This document shows positions 9,373-17,425 of a stretch of 64,000 nt of DNA, piece by piece. The first letter of the stretch is position 1. Every line of letters starts with the position of its first letter. This DNA comes from Chloroflexota bacterium. Its GTDB lineage: Bacteria > Chloroflexota > UBA11872 > VXOZ01. The notes beneath the pieces are model-generated. The model worked only from the letters and a program-made list of their open reading frames with translations, did no database searches and was not told where the DNA came from. Made by a program: the position numbers and the translations under genes. The DNA lies in assembly GCA_963663275.1 (NCBI GenBank), contig OY760183.1, positions 2,528,001 to 2,592,000 on the forward strand, read 5' to 3'.

Positions 9373-10395
9373 CTATGCGTCCGCTTCCATGCCCTCTTCG
9401 AAGAAGCGCGCCAGTTCGTCCCGGGGAAACGAGGGCAGGTCGTACCAGTCGCCGTTCACAAGCATGCGCATGCCCTGCGCCGGTTCCGTCAGCCGGCCGA
9501 TGGCGGCGGCTTCTATGCCCGCGTCGCGCAGCGCCGCCAGCGCGGCCACCACGTCTTGCGGCGCAACCACCGCAAGCAGAGCGCCTGAGGCGAGCAATCC
9601 GAGCGGGTCGAGCCCCAGCGCCTCGCAAATCGCGGCGGCCTCTGGGAGAAGTGGCACGGATTCAAGATCTATCGACAACCCACACGCCGCTCCGGCCGCC
9701 AGTTCCGCCAGGGCCGCGGCCAAACCGCCTTCCGTCGGATCGTGCATGGCGCGCGGGCGCGCGGCGCGGCACAACGCCTCCGCGGCCGGCACGACGCTGA
9801 TACCGGGATCATCGAGATACGCTTGGGCGCGGGCAATGGCGGCGGGCGGCACACCCCGCGCCTCAAGTTGCGCGCCGGCGTCTTGCGCGAGGATCGCGGT
9901 ACCCTCGATCGAAATGCCCTGCGTCAGGAGAATCACGTCGTCGGGCCGGGCGTTGGCATTGACCACCAGGCGATCTTTCGCCACCTCGCCCAAGAGCGTG
10001 CCGGAGAGGATCGGCCGGGTGACACCGTCGGTGACCTCAGTATGTCCCCCGATCAGCGTGACTCCCAAGGTCCGGCAGGCCTCGCGGATGTCGGCGAATA
10101 TCCGTTCCACGTCCGCCGGCGCGCAGGCAGGCGGCAGCAGCAGCGTGCCCAGAAACCACCGGGGCCGCGCGCCCATGGTCGCCACGTCGTTGGCGTTTAT
10201 CTGCAAGGCGTACCAGCCGATGCGGTGCGCGGTGAACGTAATCGGATCGCTCTTGGCAATCAGGTAACGCTCGCCAATGTCCAGCACGGCGGCGTCCTCC
10301 CCAAAGCGCGGTCCCACGATGACGGCAGGATCGTCAACCGGTATATCTTCAAGCAGACTCCGTAAGAGTTCCGCCGGCAGTTTGCCTTGGAGCAT
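9373..10395 (-). CDS. AIR synthase-related (HypE/ThiL/PurM-like) ATP-binding protein
   Basis: GKLP, GEDAAV, SDPITF, NANDVATMGA, GGHTEVT, MHDPTEGG. Confidence 0.85.
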   Translation of the reverse strand: MLQGKLPAELLRSLLEDIPVDDPAVIVGPRFGEDAAVLDIGERYLIAKSDPITFTAHRIGWYALQINANDVATMGARPRWFLGTLLLPPACAPADVERIFADIREACRTLGVTLIGGHTEVTDGVTRPILSGTLLGEVAKDRLVVNANARPDDVILLTQGISIEGTAILAQDAGAQLEARGVPPAAIARAQAYLDDPGISVVPAAEALCRAARPRAMHDPTEGGLAAALAELAAGAACGLSIDLESVPLLPEAAAICEALGLDPLGLLASGALLAVVAPQDVVAALAALRDAGIEAAAIGRLTEPAQGMRMLVNGDWYDLPSFPRDELARFFEEGMEADA

Positions 10396-10410
10396 AGAAT
10401 AAGCGCCGTT

Positions 10411-10520
10411 TCCAGATGGAGATTGCTAGCACCTAGATGGACATTGCAAACACCTAGATGGACTTTTCAGATACTCAGATGGGTTAGGCAGGATTCCAGA
10501 GAGCATTGGCAAACACCCAG
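10411..10520. repeat. Degenerate 21-bp tandem array (5+ units, core CCYAGATGG)
   Basis: Units start at 10411, 10432, 10453, 10474, 10495 and 10516. Confidence 0.75.
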
Positions 10521-10544
10521 GCCTCGTCTGACTTCCCTCCCCCG

Positions 10545-10704
10545 GGCTGACAGGGGTAAGCATAATGCAACCGATTCTCGTGTCATTCCGAGCGGAGCGC
10601 AGCGGAGAGAGGAATCTAATGGATTAACCCTGCCGGGCCGGTTGAGCCCGGGACTCTAAATTCCTCACTGCGTTCGGAATGACGCTTGCCTACCCCCGTC
10701 AGCC
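10545..10704. mobile_element. Putative MITE family 2 (TIR GGCTGACARGGGTA) enclosing a family B REP dyad
   Basis: GGCTGACAGGGGTA...TACCCCCGTCAGCC ends; internal TGTCATTCCGAGCG...TTCGGAATGAC dyad at 10581-10683; second copy at 47729-47879. Confidence 0.55.
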
Positions 10705-10734
10705 TCTCCTGGGGGAGAGGGTTAGGGTGAGGGG
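10703..10734 (-). repeat. REP-like family D (CCCTCACCCYRRCCCTCTCCC...GGGAGAGGG)
   Basis: Reverse-strand match to copies at 54682, 59373 and 59466. Confidence 0.7.
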
Positions 10735-10746
10735 AATCTTCAGCTC

Positions 10747-12222
10747 CTACCCCTTGATCACCCCAATTGGCCGCACCCGCGCCACCACTCGTGCAATGCC
10801 GGATCGCTCCACCACGCCCACCACCTCCCGCGCGTCCTTATAGGCCTCGCTCGCCTCCTCCGCCAGACCGGCCTTGCTCTGGGCGCGCACGACGATGCCC
10901 TTGTCGCGCAAAACCCGCACGAGGTCTACGCCCTTCAGCTTCTTCTTGGCCGCGCCCCGGCTCAGCACCCGGCCCGCACCGTGGCACGTCGAGGCAAAGG
11001 TCTCGCGCCGCGCCCGCTCTTCACCAACCAGAATATACGAGTAGCGCCCCATGTCGCCGGGAATGAGCACCGGCTGGCCGACCGCGCGGTACCTGGCGGG
11101 CACCTGTGGGTCGCCGGCCGGCAGGGCGCGGGTCGCGCCCTTGCGGTGCACGCAAAGATCCATTTCCTTGCCGTTCACGCGATGGCGTTCCATCTTGGCG
11201 ATATTGTGCGCCACGTCGTAGACGACACCAACTTCGACCCCGGATTCCGACCGGTCGAGAACGTGCGCCAACGCCCGCCGCGTCCGCTCGGTAATCGCCT
11301 GGCGGTTGGCAAAGGCAAAGTTGGCCGCGGCGGCCATGGCGCCCAGGTACGCCTGGCCCTCCGGCGACCGGATCGGCGCGCAGGCCAACTGTCTATCGGG
11401 AAGCGTGATGCGGTACGTTTCCATCGCGCGCTGCATCACGCCGAGATACTCCTGGCAGACTTGGTGCCCCAGACCGCGCGAGCCGGTGTGGATAGACACC
11501 ATCACCTGGCCGAGTTCCGTAATGCCGAATGCGCGCGCGGCCTCTTCGTCCGCGATCGTCTCCACCACCTGCATTTCCAGGAAGTGGTTGCCGGAGCCGA
11601 GCGAACCAAGCTGCGGCCCGCCGCGCTGGCGCGCCCGGTCGCTGACCTTCGACGTGTCCGCTCCGGGCAGACACCCGCCGGACTCGATTGCGGTAAGGTC
11701 CTCGCGGCTGCCATGCCCGTTCTCCACCGCCCACGCCGCACCCTCGGCCAGAGCCCCTTCGATGTCGATTGCGGCGCCGCGTTTCCTCTTGCGGCCGCGT
11801 CCCAGGCCGGTGGGCACGTCACGGAACAATTGGTTGACGATTTCCGGCAGACTGCCCCGCACGGCGCGCTCGTGCAAGTTGGTGCGCAGCAGCCGCACGC
11901 CGCAATTTATGTCAAATCCCACGCCTCCCGGCGAGACCACGCCGTCGTCCGTGCGCATCGCCGCCACGCCGCCAATGGGAAAGCCGTAGCCCCAGTGAAT
12001 GTCCGGCATGGCGAGGGCGTGTCCCACGATGCCCGGCAGCGTGGCCATGTTCGCCACTTGCTGCACCGCCATGTCCCCGGCCATCGAGTCGATCATGGCC
12101 TCGTCGGCATAGATCAGCCCCGGCGCCCTCATGCCGTCCATGTAGTCGATCGGCAGTTCCCAGCGTACCGCGTCCCGTTGGCGCAGCACGCCGCGCCAGT
12201 TCTTGGGCGCTTTCTTTTCCAT
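10747..12222 (-). CDS. rtcB: RtcB family RNA 3'-phosphate/5'-OH ligase
   Basis: MPDIHWGYGFPIGG, VGFDINCGVR, GSLGSGNHF, HTGSRG, AHNIAK, HRKGAT, HGAGR. Confidence 0.95.
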   Translation of the reverse strand: MEKKAPKNWRGVLRQRDAVRWELPIDYMDGMRAPGLIYADEAMIDSMAGDMAVQQVANMATLPGIVGHALAMPDIHWGYGFPIGGVAAMRTDDGVVSPGGVGFDINCGVRLLRTNLHERAVRGSLPEIVNQLFRDVPTGLGRGRKRKRGAAIDIEGALAEGAAWAVENGHGSREDLTAIESGGCLPGADTSKVSDRARQRGGPQLGSLGSGNHFLEMQVVETIADEEAARAFGITELGQVMVSIHTGSRGLGHQVCQEYLGVMQRAMETYRITLPDRQLACAPIRSPEGQAYLGAMAAAANFAFANRQAITERTRRALAHVLDRSESGVEVGVVYDVAHNIAKMERHRVNGKEMDLCVHRKGATRALPAGDPQVPARYRAVGQPVLIPGDMGRYSYILVGEERARRETFASTCHGAGRVLSRGAAKKKLKGVDLVRVLRDKGIVVRAQSKAGLAEEASEAYKDAREVVGVVERSGIARVVARVRPIGVIKG

Positions 12223-12235
12223 GGCCGCTCTCCCG

Positions 12236-12700
12236 TTAGATGTCGAAGAGTACCTGTATCATCGTGCGCGTAGGCAAGACCGTGACCTCAAGTTGGTGGT
12301 ACGTCACCGCTTTGATCTCCACGCCTTCGACCGCGTCTTCGTCTTCGAGAACAACCCCAATAGCTGTGGCGGAGCAGCGCGGCGGGGCGCATTCCGCAAT
12401 GTCGAAAGCTCGCACCACCAGGCCGTCCACGCTGAACCGGAAGAGCAATTCCGCCAGCCAGTTGACCAGCAGGTCGAGCCACGTATCGCCATCGACCGCA
12501 ACCGGCTGTTCATCCGCCGGCCCGGTAATGCCGCCCGGGTCTTTGCCAAGCGAGATCGCGTACATGCCGCGAGCGGCGGCGGCAAATGCGGCGGCCGGCG
12601 TGGGCCCCCAGGCCCGCACGCCGACGTCGGCCGTATGCTCGATGCGCGCGTACCCGCTGTCGCTCGGCGGCGAAGCGCAACCCGCGTCAATCGTGTCCAT
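12236..12700 (-). CDS. Archease (RtcB activator)
   Basis: EHTADVG, LVNWLAELL, EIKAVTYH, C-terminal FDI. Confidence 0.92.
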   Translation of the reverse strand: MDTIDAGCASPPSDSGYARIEHTADVGVRAWGPTPAAAFAAAARGMYAISLGKDPGGITGPADEQPVAVDGDTWLDLLVNWLAELLFRFSVDGLVVRAFDIAECAPPRCSATAIGVVLEDEDAVEGVEIKAVTYHQLEVTVLPTRTMIQVLFDI

Positions 12701-15185
12701 GGTCGTGCGCGTGCAAGCGCCCTTGCAGGTGCGCCTTCGCGTGTTGAAAGACCTGCCGCACCGCGTTGTGGCGCTCGGCGTCCGCGCGGGTCGCCAGCGT
12801 ATCGAGCCAGGTCAGACCGCCGTCCAGCACGGTCATCATGTAGGTCGCGTCGCTGGGATTGAAGAGTTCCTGGTTGTCGGCCACCACGTACACCGGTGAG
12901 GTGTGCGCCGCCACGTTCACCACCCACGTGTGCTGTACTTCCAGCGAACTCACGCAGCGCGCCGCGATCCAGCCGCTGCCGCCGAGTTTCACGTCCCGGC
13001 TGACGCGGCTCGTCTTGCCGCCGTCGGCTACGGGTTGGGTGGCGACCACCGCGCCGTTGCAGACGATTTGCAGTTCGTGGAACGGCAGCACCGATTCCGC
13101 CCAGGCCTCGACCGTCAGCGTGCCGCCGCCGGCCGGCAGCTTGAGTTCATCGCCCGGCCGCTTGCCTTCCACGCGCACGTCGATCAGCGGCCCGCTGGTG
13201 GTAAACGTGCGCCCGCCGCGCACGGCCTGCGCCCACGAGTCGAAGGAGAAGTCATCCTGCAGCAGCGCGTACGTGCGCACCCCGCCAACCGGAATGGCGG
13301 CACTCATCTTATCCGTCCCACCCACGGCGGCCACGCGGTAGCCGTTGTTGAGGAAGCGGTACCACTCGTGTATGCCAAAGTTATCGATCGTAGGCGTAAA
13401 GTACTTCAATTCAACCGCGTCAACCTTGCCGAGCACGATTTCAGCCACCGCTTCGGTATAGGGATTGGGGAAGTGCGGGATGACCACCAGGCCGTCGCGC
13501 TCCCGTGCCCGGTCCGCCCACTCGCTCATGCTGCTCAGCACCGGGTCGCCCAGGTAGCTTTCACCCGGCCCGGCGGTGGTCATGGGGTACACCGGCTCAC
13601 CTTTCACGCCCAGCAAACTGATGTGCCCCAGCAGATGCTGCCGGTTCTCGGTGCCTACATAGACTACGGTATCGTCCCGGCTGACGCCGGAGACCTCGCC
13701 GGTGATGTCGGCGACGTTGGTATAGAGATCGCCCCATTGGGAGGCGAGGAGATTAATCAGATTGACACCCTCGGCCTGACCCTCCAGCCACGCCGTCTGG
13801 GGCGAGATGAAGTGCACGTGCGTATCGGCGGTCACCCAGCCTTGTTCACGCCAGTTCAGCGGCCGCGCCAGCTTGAGCGTAAGCTCCCGTTGGCCGGGCG
13901 CGATGGTGAGGCGTTTGCGCAAGGGCTGGTACTCAAAGCCCTTGAAAATCTCGACGAACACCTCGCCCACCGGCAGTTCGATCTGAAAAGTACCATCGAC
14001 GTAGGCGTACTGGGTCTCGCCCAGCTTGAGATCGCCCGCGTAGTCCTCGAACCAGTTGTTATTGACTTCATGCCGGTGGCCGTAGGGCGGGAAATACCGG
14101 CCGTCCGGCGCGCGGAAGTGGACGCGCGCCGCCGTGGGCTTGCCGCTGGCGGCGTCTTCCAGCCGCACGTGCAGCCACGCGCGCTCCGGCGTCAGGATTT
14201 CCACCCGCACCTTGCCGTCTCCGCTCGCGCTCACTCCCGACTCGTAGAGCGACTCCATCGGCACGGCGCGGCCGGCAACGTCCAACGTGGCGTCGGGACT
14301 GGCGGTCACGTCCACTATGAGGGACTTCTCGCCGGCGGCGTTCTCGGCCTCGCCCAGGCCCGGCGCATCGTCGGCAAGCCACGTGTCCGGATCGAAGGCC
14401 GGCACGGCGTACGTGCGCGCTAACGTGCCCAGGTCCACCGTTACCGGCGTCTCTTCCGGCGCGCCCTCCACTTCCTCCGGCAGCGCGATGCGAAAGCTCT
14501 CTAACCGGTTGTGGCGCAGCGGATGGTGCTTGCCGGTATAGAGCGTAATGCCCGCCACTACTACGTTCGTGCCGCCGGTTGACGCCAAGCGCAGCGATTC
14601 CACCGTCCGCTCCGGATGCGGATTCGGCAGGGCGTAGATCCAGTAATTGGAAGCGGTGCGCGCGCGCCGCATTTGCAGGCCCGTCTGCCAGTATCCCCAG
14701 GAGCCGCGCGGGTACGGCCCGTTGATGTCCGCGGGCAGCATTCCGCTTTGCGGCCGGGCGGCGAACGCCAGTTGGCCCCAGGCAACGGTGGAGTTGATCT
14801 CGAACCGCCGCCGGATCGTCTGCGACTCCGCGCCGCCGTCGGCGTAGTTTATGGTGTATTCCGCGAGCGCCTCGCCGGGTTGCACCACCATGCCGCTCAT
14901 GCCGGGTTGCGAGGATACGCCGGGCTCCGCATCGCAGAAGTGGGCAAAGACGACGTGTGTCACGCCGCCGCGTCCCACCGGCACGGCTGCGCCCTCTTCG
15001 CTCAAGCGCACCCAACTGGCCGCGGCGTCCCCGGCGCCGAGCGTGAACGGAATCCCCCAGAATTCCTGCTCGCCGTCAGGCAGCTTTGCCAGATCTTGCG
15101 CCACGGGACCGTCCCAGGAAGCCAGTTCGTCTTGCCGCGCGGCATTGCGCACAGATGTCAAATCGAGCGGAATAGCGTGAACCAT
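12687..15185 (-). CDS. CehA/McbA family metallohydrolase (PHP-like; carbamate hydrolase-like)
   Basis: DGRYFPPYGH, WFEDY, GWVTADTHVH, GTENRQH, IPHFP, EWYRFLNNGYRVAAVGGTDKM, GRTFTTSGP, AHTSPVYV; GGAGG RBS. Confidence 0.85.
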   Translation of the reverse strand: MVHAIPLDLTSVRNAARQDELASWDGPVAQDLAKLPDGEQEFWGIPFTLGAGDAAASWVRLSEEGAAVPVGRGGVTHVVFAHFCDAEPGVSSQPGMSGMVVQPGEALAEYTINYADGGAESQTIRRRFEINSTVAWGQLAFAARPQSGMLPADINGPYPRGSWGYWQTGLQMRRARTASNYWIYALPNPHPERTVESLRLASTGGTNVVVAGITLYTGKHHPLRHNRLESFRIALPEEVEGAPEETPVTVDLGTLARTYAVPAFDPDTWLADDAPGLGEAENAAGEKSLIVDVTASPDATLDVAGRAVPMESLYESGVSASGDGKVRVEILTPERAWLHVRLEDAASGKPTAARVHFRAPDGRYFPPYGHRHEVNNNWFEDYAGDLKLGETQYAYVDGTFQIELPVGEVFVEIFKGFEYQPLRKRLTIAPGQRELTLKLARPLNWREQGWVTADTHVHFISPQTAWLEGQAEGVNLINLLASQWGDLYTNVADITGEVSGVSRDDTVVYVGTENRQHLLGHISLLGVKGEPVYPMTTAGPGESYLGDPVLSSMSEWADRARERDGLVVIPHFPNPYTEAVAEIVLGKVDAVELKYFTPTIDNFGIHEWYRFLNNGYRVAAVGGTDKMSAAIPVGGVRTYALLQDDFSFDSWAQAVRGGRTFTTSGPLIDVRVEGKRPGDELKLPAGGGTLTVEAWAESVLPFHELQIVCNGAVVATQPVADGGKTSRVSRDVKLGGSGWIAARCVSSLEVQHTWVVNVAAHTSPVYVVADNQELFNPSDATYMMTVLDGGLTWLDTLATRADAERHNAVRQVFQHAKAHLQGRLHAHDHGHD

Positions 15186-15362
15186 CAGTGTCCTCCGGTC
15201 TAGTCACAAAGAGTGAGGCAATTTGGAGAGACAGTTAGACAGAAACTGCCGTGCAAGCATACCCTCGCGCGTGCACACGGCTTTGCGCGCACACATTCGT
15301 GGGTGCACGATACCATGAACCGCGCGGTAGCAACAATGGGAGCGCAGGGTAGAGGAAGCGCC

Positions 15363-16319
15363 TTACTGCTGGTGCGGATTCTGCGGGTTCGTGTCTTGCA
15401 CCGCCTGGAGCGCGCGCATGGTGGGCAGAACGGCCTCGCCGGAGACTATGGGTTCGCGCTCCTGGCGGAGCGCCGTGATGAACTCGATGTCCTGCAAGTA
15501 CACCGCGCTCGCTTCCTCATTCTCGCCGCCGGCGGCGATGATCCGGTCGTTTGGATCGACCAGTTTTCCGTCCCGCACCGCGAGTGTCGTCTCTTCGCCG
15601 ATGATCAGGATTTCGAGCAAGGGCCGCATGGTGTTGTATGAGAGGGCGCACGAGACGAGCTGCTCGCGGGGCGTGCGCAGCGAAACCGAAAGGTCCAGCG
15701 GTATGCCTAGCTCAGCGTGCGGCGGCCCCATGTGACCCGCCACGTCCTGGGCCGGTTCTCCCAGCAGCCACAAGGCCGTGTCCACCGCATGGCAGCCGTG
15801 GTGCCAAAGCAAATTGTCCGTCCACGACCGCCGCCGACCCTGCCAGTTCACGTTCTCCCGGCGCAGAAATCCGTAGTGAATGAAGATGCTGTGCACCCGC
15901 AATTCGCCCTCGGCGACGTACTGCCGCGCGGTCGCCAACGTGGGCCAGAAGCGCATGGTGTGGGCCACCATCATGTGTCGGCCCTGCGCCGCAGCGAGCG
16001 CGGTCAGCATCTCCGATTCATCCAGCGACAGCGCCAGGGGGATTTCCACCAGCACGTGCTTGCCGGCCTCCAGCGCGGCCTGCGTCTGCGCGGCGTGCTT
16101 GGCGCTGGGGGACGTGATGACAACCGCGTCGATATCGTCTTGCGCCAGGGCTTCCGTGAGGTCAATCGTTGCCAGGGACGCGCCGCACTTCTGGGCAAAG
16201 GCTTGCGTCGGTTCCAGGAGCCTACCGACCACCGCCCCAATCCGCACGCCCGGAATGCGCGCCAACGACCGGCGATGCACCTCGGCAATGCTGCCGTACC
16301 CAACCATGCACACGTTCAT
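15363..16319 (-). CDS. LigC-like (CHMS dehydrogenase-like) Gfo/Idh/MocA oxidoreductase
   Basis: GKHVLVEIPLA, RRENVNWQGRRRSWTDNLLWHHGCHAVD, GPPHAELGIPLD, QDIEF...REP resemble LigC as recalled. Confidence 0.75.
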   Translation of the reverse strand: MNVCMVGYGSIAEVHRRSLARIPGVRIGAVVGRLLEPTQAFAQKCGASLATIDLTEALAQDDIDAVVITSPSAKHAAQTQAALEAGKHVLVEIPLALSLDESEMLTALAAAQGRHMMVAHTMRFWPTLATARQYVAEGELRVHSIFIHYGFLRRENVNWQGRRRSWTDNLLWHHGCHAVDTALWLLGEPAQDVAGHMGPPHAELGIPLDLSVSLRTPREQLVSCALSYNTMRPLLEILIIGEETTLAVRDGKLVDPNDRIIAAGGENEEASAVYLQDIEFITALRQEREPIVSGEAVLPTMRALQAVQDTNPQNPHQQ

Positions 16320-16523
16320 GCGGTCACTCTTTCATTCATGTCAATGCTGTAGGTGTTGGCAAGTCCTTTGACGGAACTTGCCGTTCTTTCATCACAAGTC
16401 GTTGGGGAGAACACGCGCAACCGAGACTGCGGCGAAAGGAGTGTCCCATCCGCATAGTCCGATGGCCACGGTCATCTCTTTGGCGAACTCTCTGTACGCG
16501 CATGATGGGTCATTTCCGCTCCG

Positions 16524-16770
16524 GTAGCGCAGGTTCGCACGAGACGCGCGTGTAACCTGCGCCCGCTACGGCCACGCCAACGTGAGAGTTATTCGGATGC
16601 GGGGGACAAGCCCCCGCGCTACGCCCTTCCCGTAGGGGCAGGCCTTGTGCCTGACCTCCACAGATTGTGGGGACGAACTCCCGCACTATCTCTGTTCTGG
16701 GCCTTTCGGAGGCGGGGGACAAGCCCCCGCGCTACGTCTGTTCTGGGCCGACCAACGCCCGCGCTACGTG
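16524..16770. repeat. Cluster of GTAG-type REPs (family A x2 plus variants)
   Basis: GTAGCGCAGGTT...AACCTGCGC at 16524; GCGGGGGACAAGCCCCCGCGCTAC at 16599 and 16712; GTAGGGGCAGGCCTTGTGCCTG at about 16632. Confidence 0.75.
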
Positions 16771-16776
16771 GCCGCG

Positions 16777-17229
16777 TCAGCGCGTGTGGCCGACCAGGCT
16801 CGTGGCGGTCACGGCCCGCGCCGCCGCGTCCTCGTTTGGTTCACCCGCCGGTTGCTTTGGAATCACGAAGGCGCGGCTGTGCACGTCGGTATCCACCACG
16901 CGCAGCGCCTCGTCAGGGCCAAGTTCCGTGCCCATCCGCTCCAGCCATGCCGCGGGATCCCGGATGATGGCGGCCTTGTAGTCCGGGTCTCTCCAATAGG
17001 AAGGCGCCGCGCCAATGAACGAGGGGTAGCAACTGCACGGCGTGCAAATCACCATGTGGTGCGTAGCGCCGGTGTTGTCATAGACGGCCAACGTCAGTTG
17101 TGCCGGCACGTCGATGTCGAGTTCCCGCAACGCGCCGCGCGGGTCGCTCAGCAAGCGGCTCTTGAAGTCGTCATCCCGCCACGCGCGCAGGACGACGCGC
17201 CGCGCGTCGCCGTTATCGGACTGCGTCAT
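16777..17229 (-). CDS. Nitrile hydratase alpha-subunit-like protein (short, orphan)
   Basis: GGAGG RBS before ATG 17229; ARRVVLRAWRDDDFKSRLLSDP, HHMVICTPCSCYP metal-binding motif, FVIPKQP; 150 aa. Confidence 0.85.
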   Translation of the reverse strand: MTQSDNGDARRVVLRAWRDDDFKSRLLSDPRGALRELDIDVPAQLTLAVYDNTGATHHMVICTPCSCYPSFIGAAPSYWRDPDYKAAIIRDPAAWLERMGTELGPDEALRVVDTDVHSRAFVIPKQPAGEPNEDAAARAVTATSLVGHTR

Positions 17230-17281
17230 GTGCTGCCTCCTTCGTAGATTCCCGCCTAGCATACCACAACACAGTCCATCG

Positions 17282-17407
17282 CCTGTTGCGCTCGGAGTGC
17301 TAAAGAGTCCAACCGGTGGCAACAGGACACACTCACCCCCTGGACGCCGGCTTTCGCCAAATTCCAGGGGGTGACATTGTGCACACAATCCAGGCGCAAG
17401 TGCCTGG
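17282..17407 (-). other. Four consecutive hairpins downstream of the VWA gene
   Basis: CCTGTTGC/GCAACAGG; perfect 12-bp TCACCCCCTGGA/TCCAGGGGGTGA; ATTGT/ACAAT; CCAGGC/GCCTGG. Confidence 0.6.
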
Positions 17408-17425
17408 GCGATCACTCAGCGCGGC

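Noticed and set aside
12903-14423. 506-aa plus-strand ORF and similar long antisense ORFs (259-1557, 10981-12273, 17702-19045, 42838-44061)
   Set aside because: Mirror frames of well-supported genes, typical of high-GC codon bias
16777-17229. NHLP-type RiPP precursor
   Set aside because: Retains the Cys metal motif, lacks a Gly-Gly cleavage site and core peptide, and no YcaO, LanM or transporter genes are nearby
17296-17304. CIRCE element (GAGTGCTAA)
   Set aside because: Only one half-site; no TTAGCACTC 9 bp upstream and no chaperone gene adjacent
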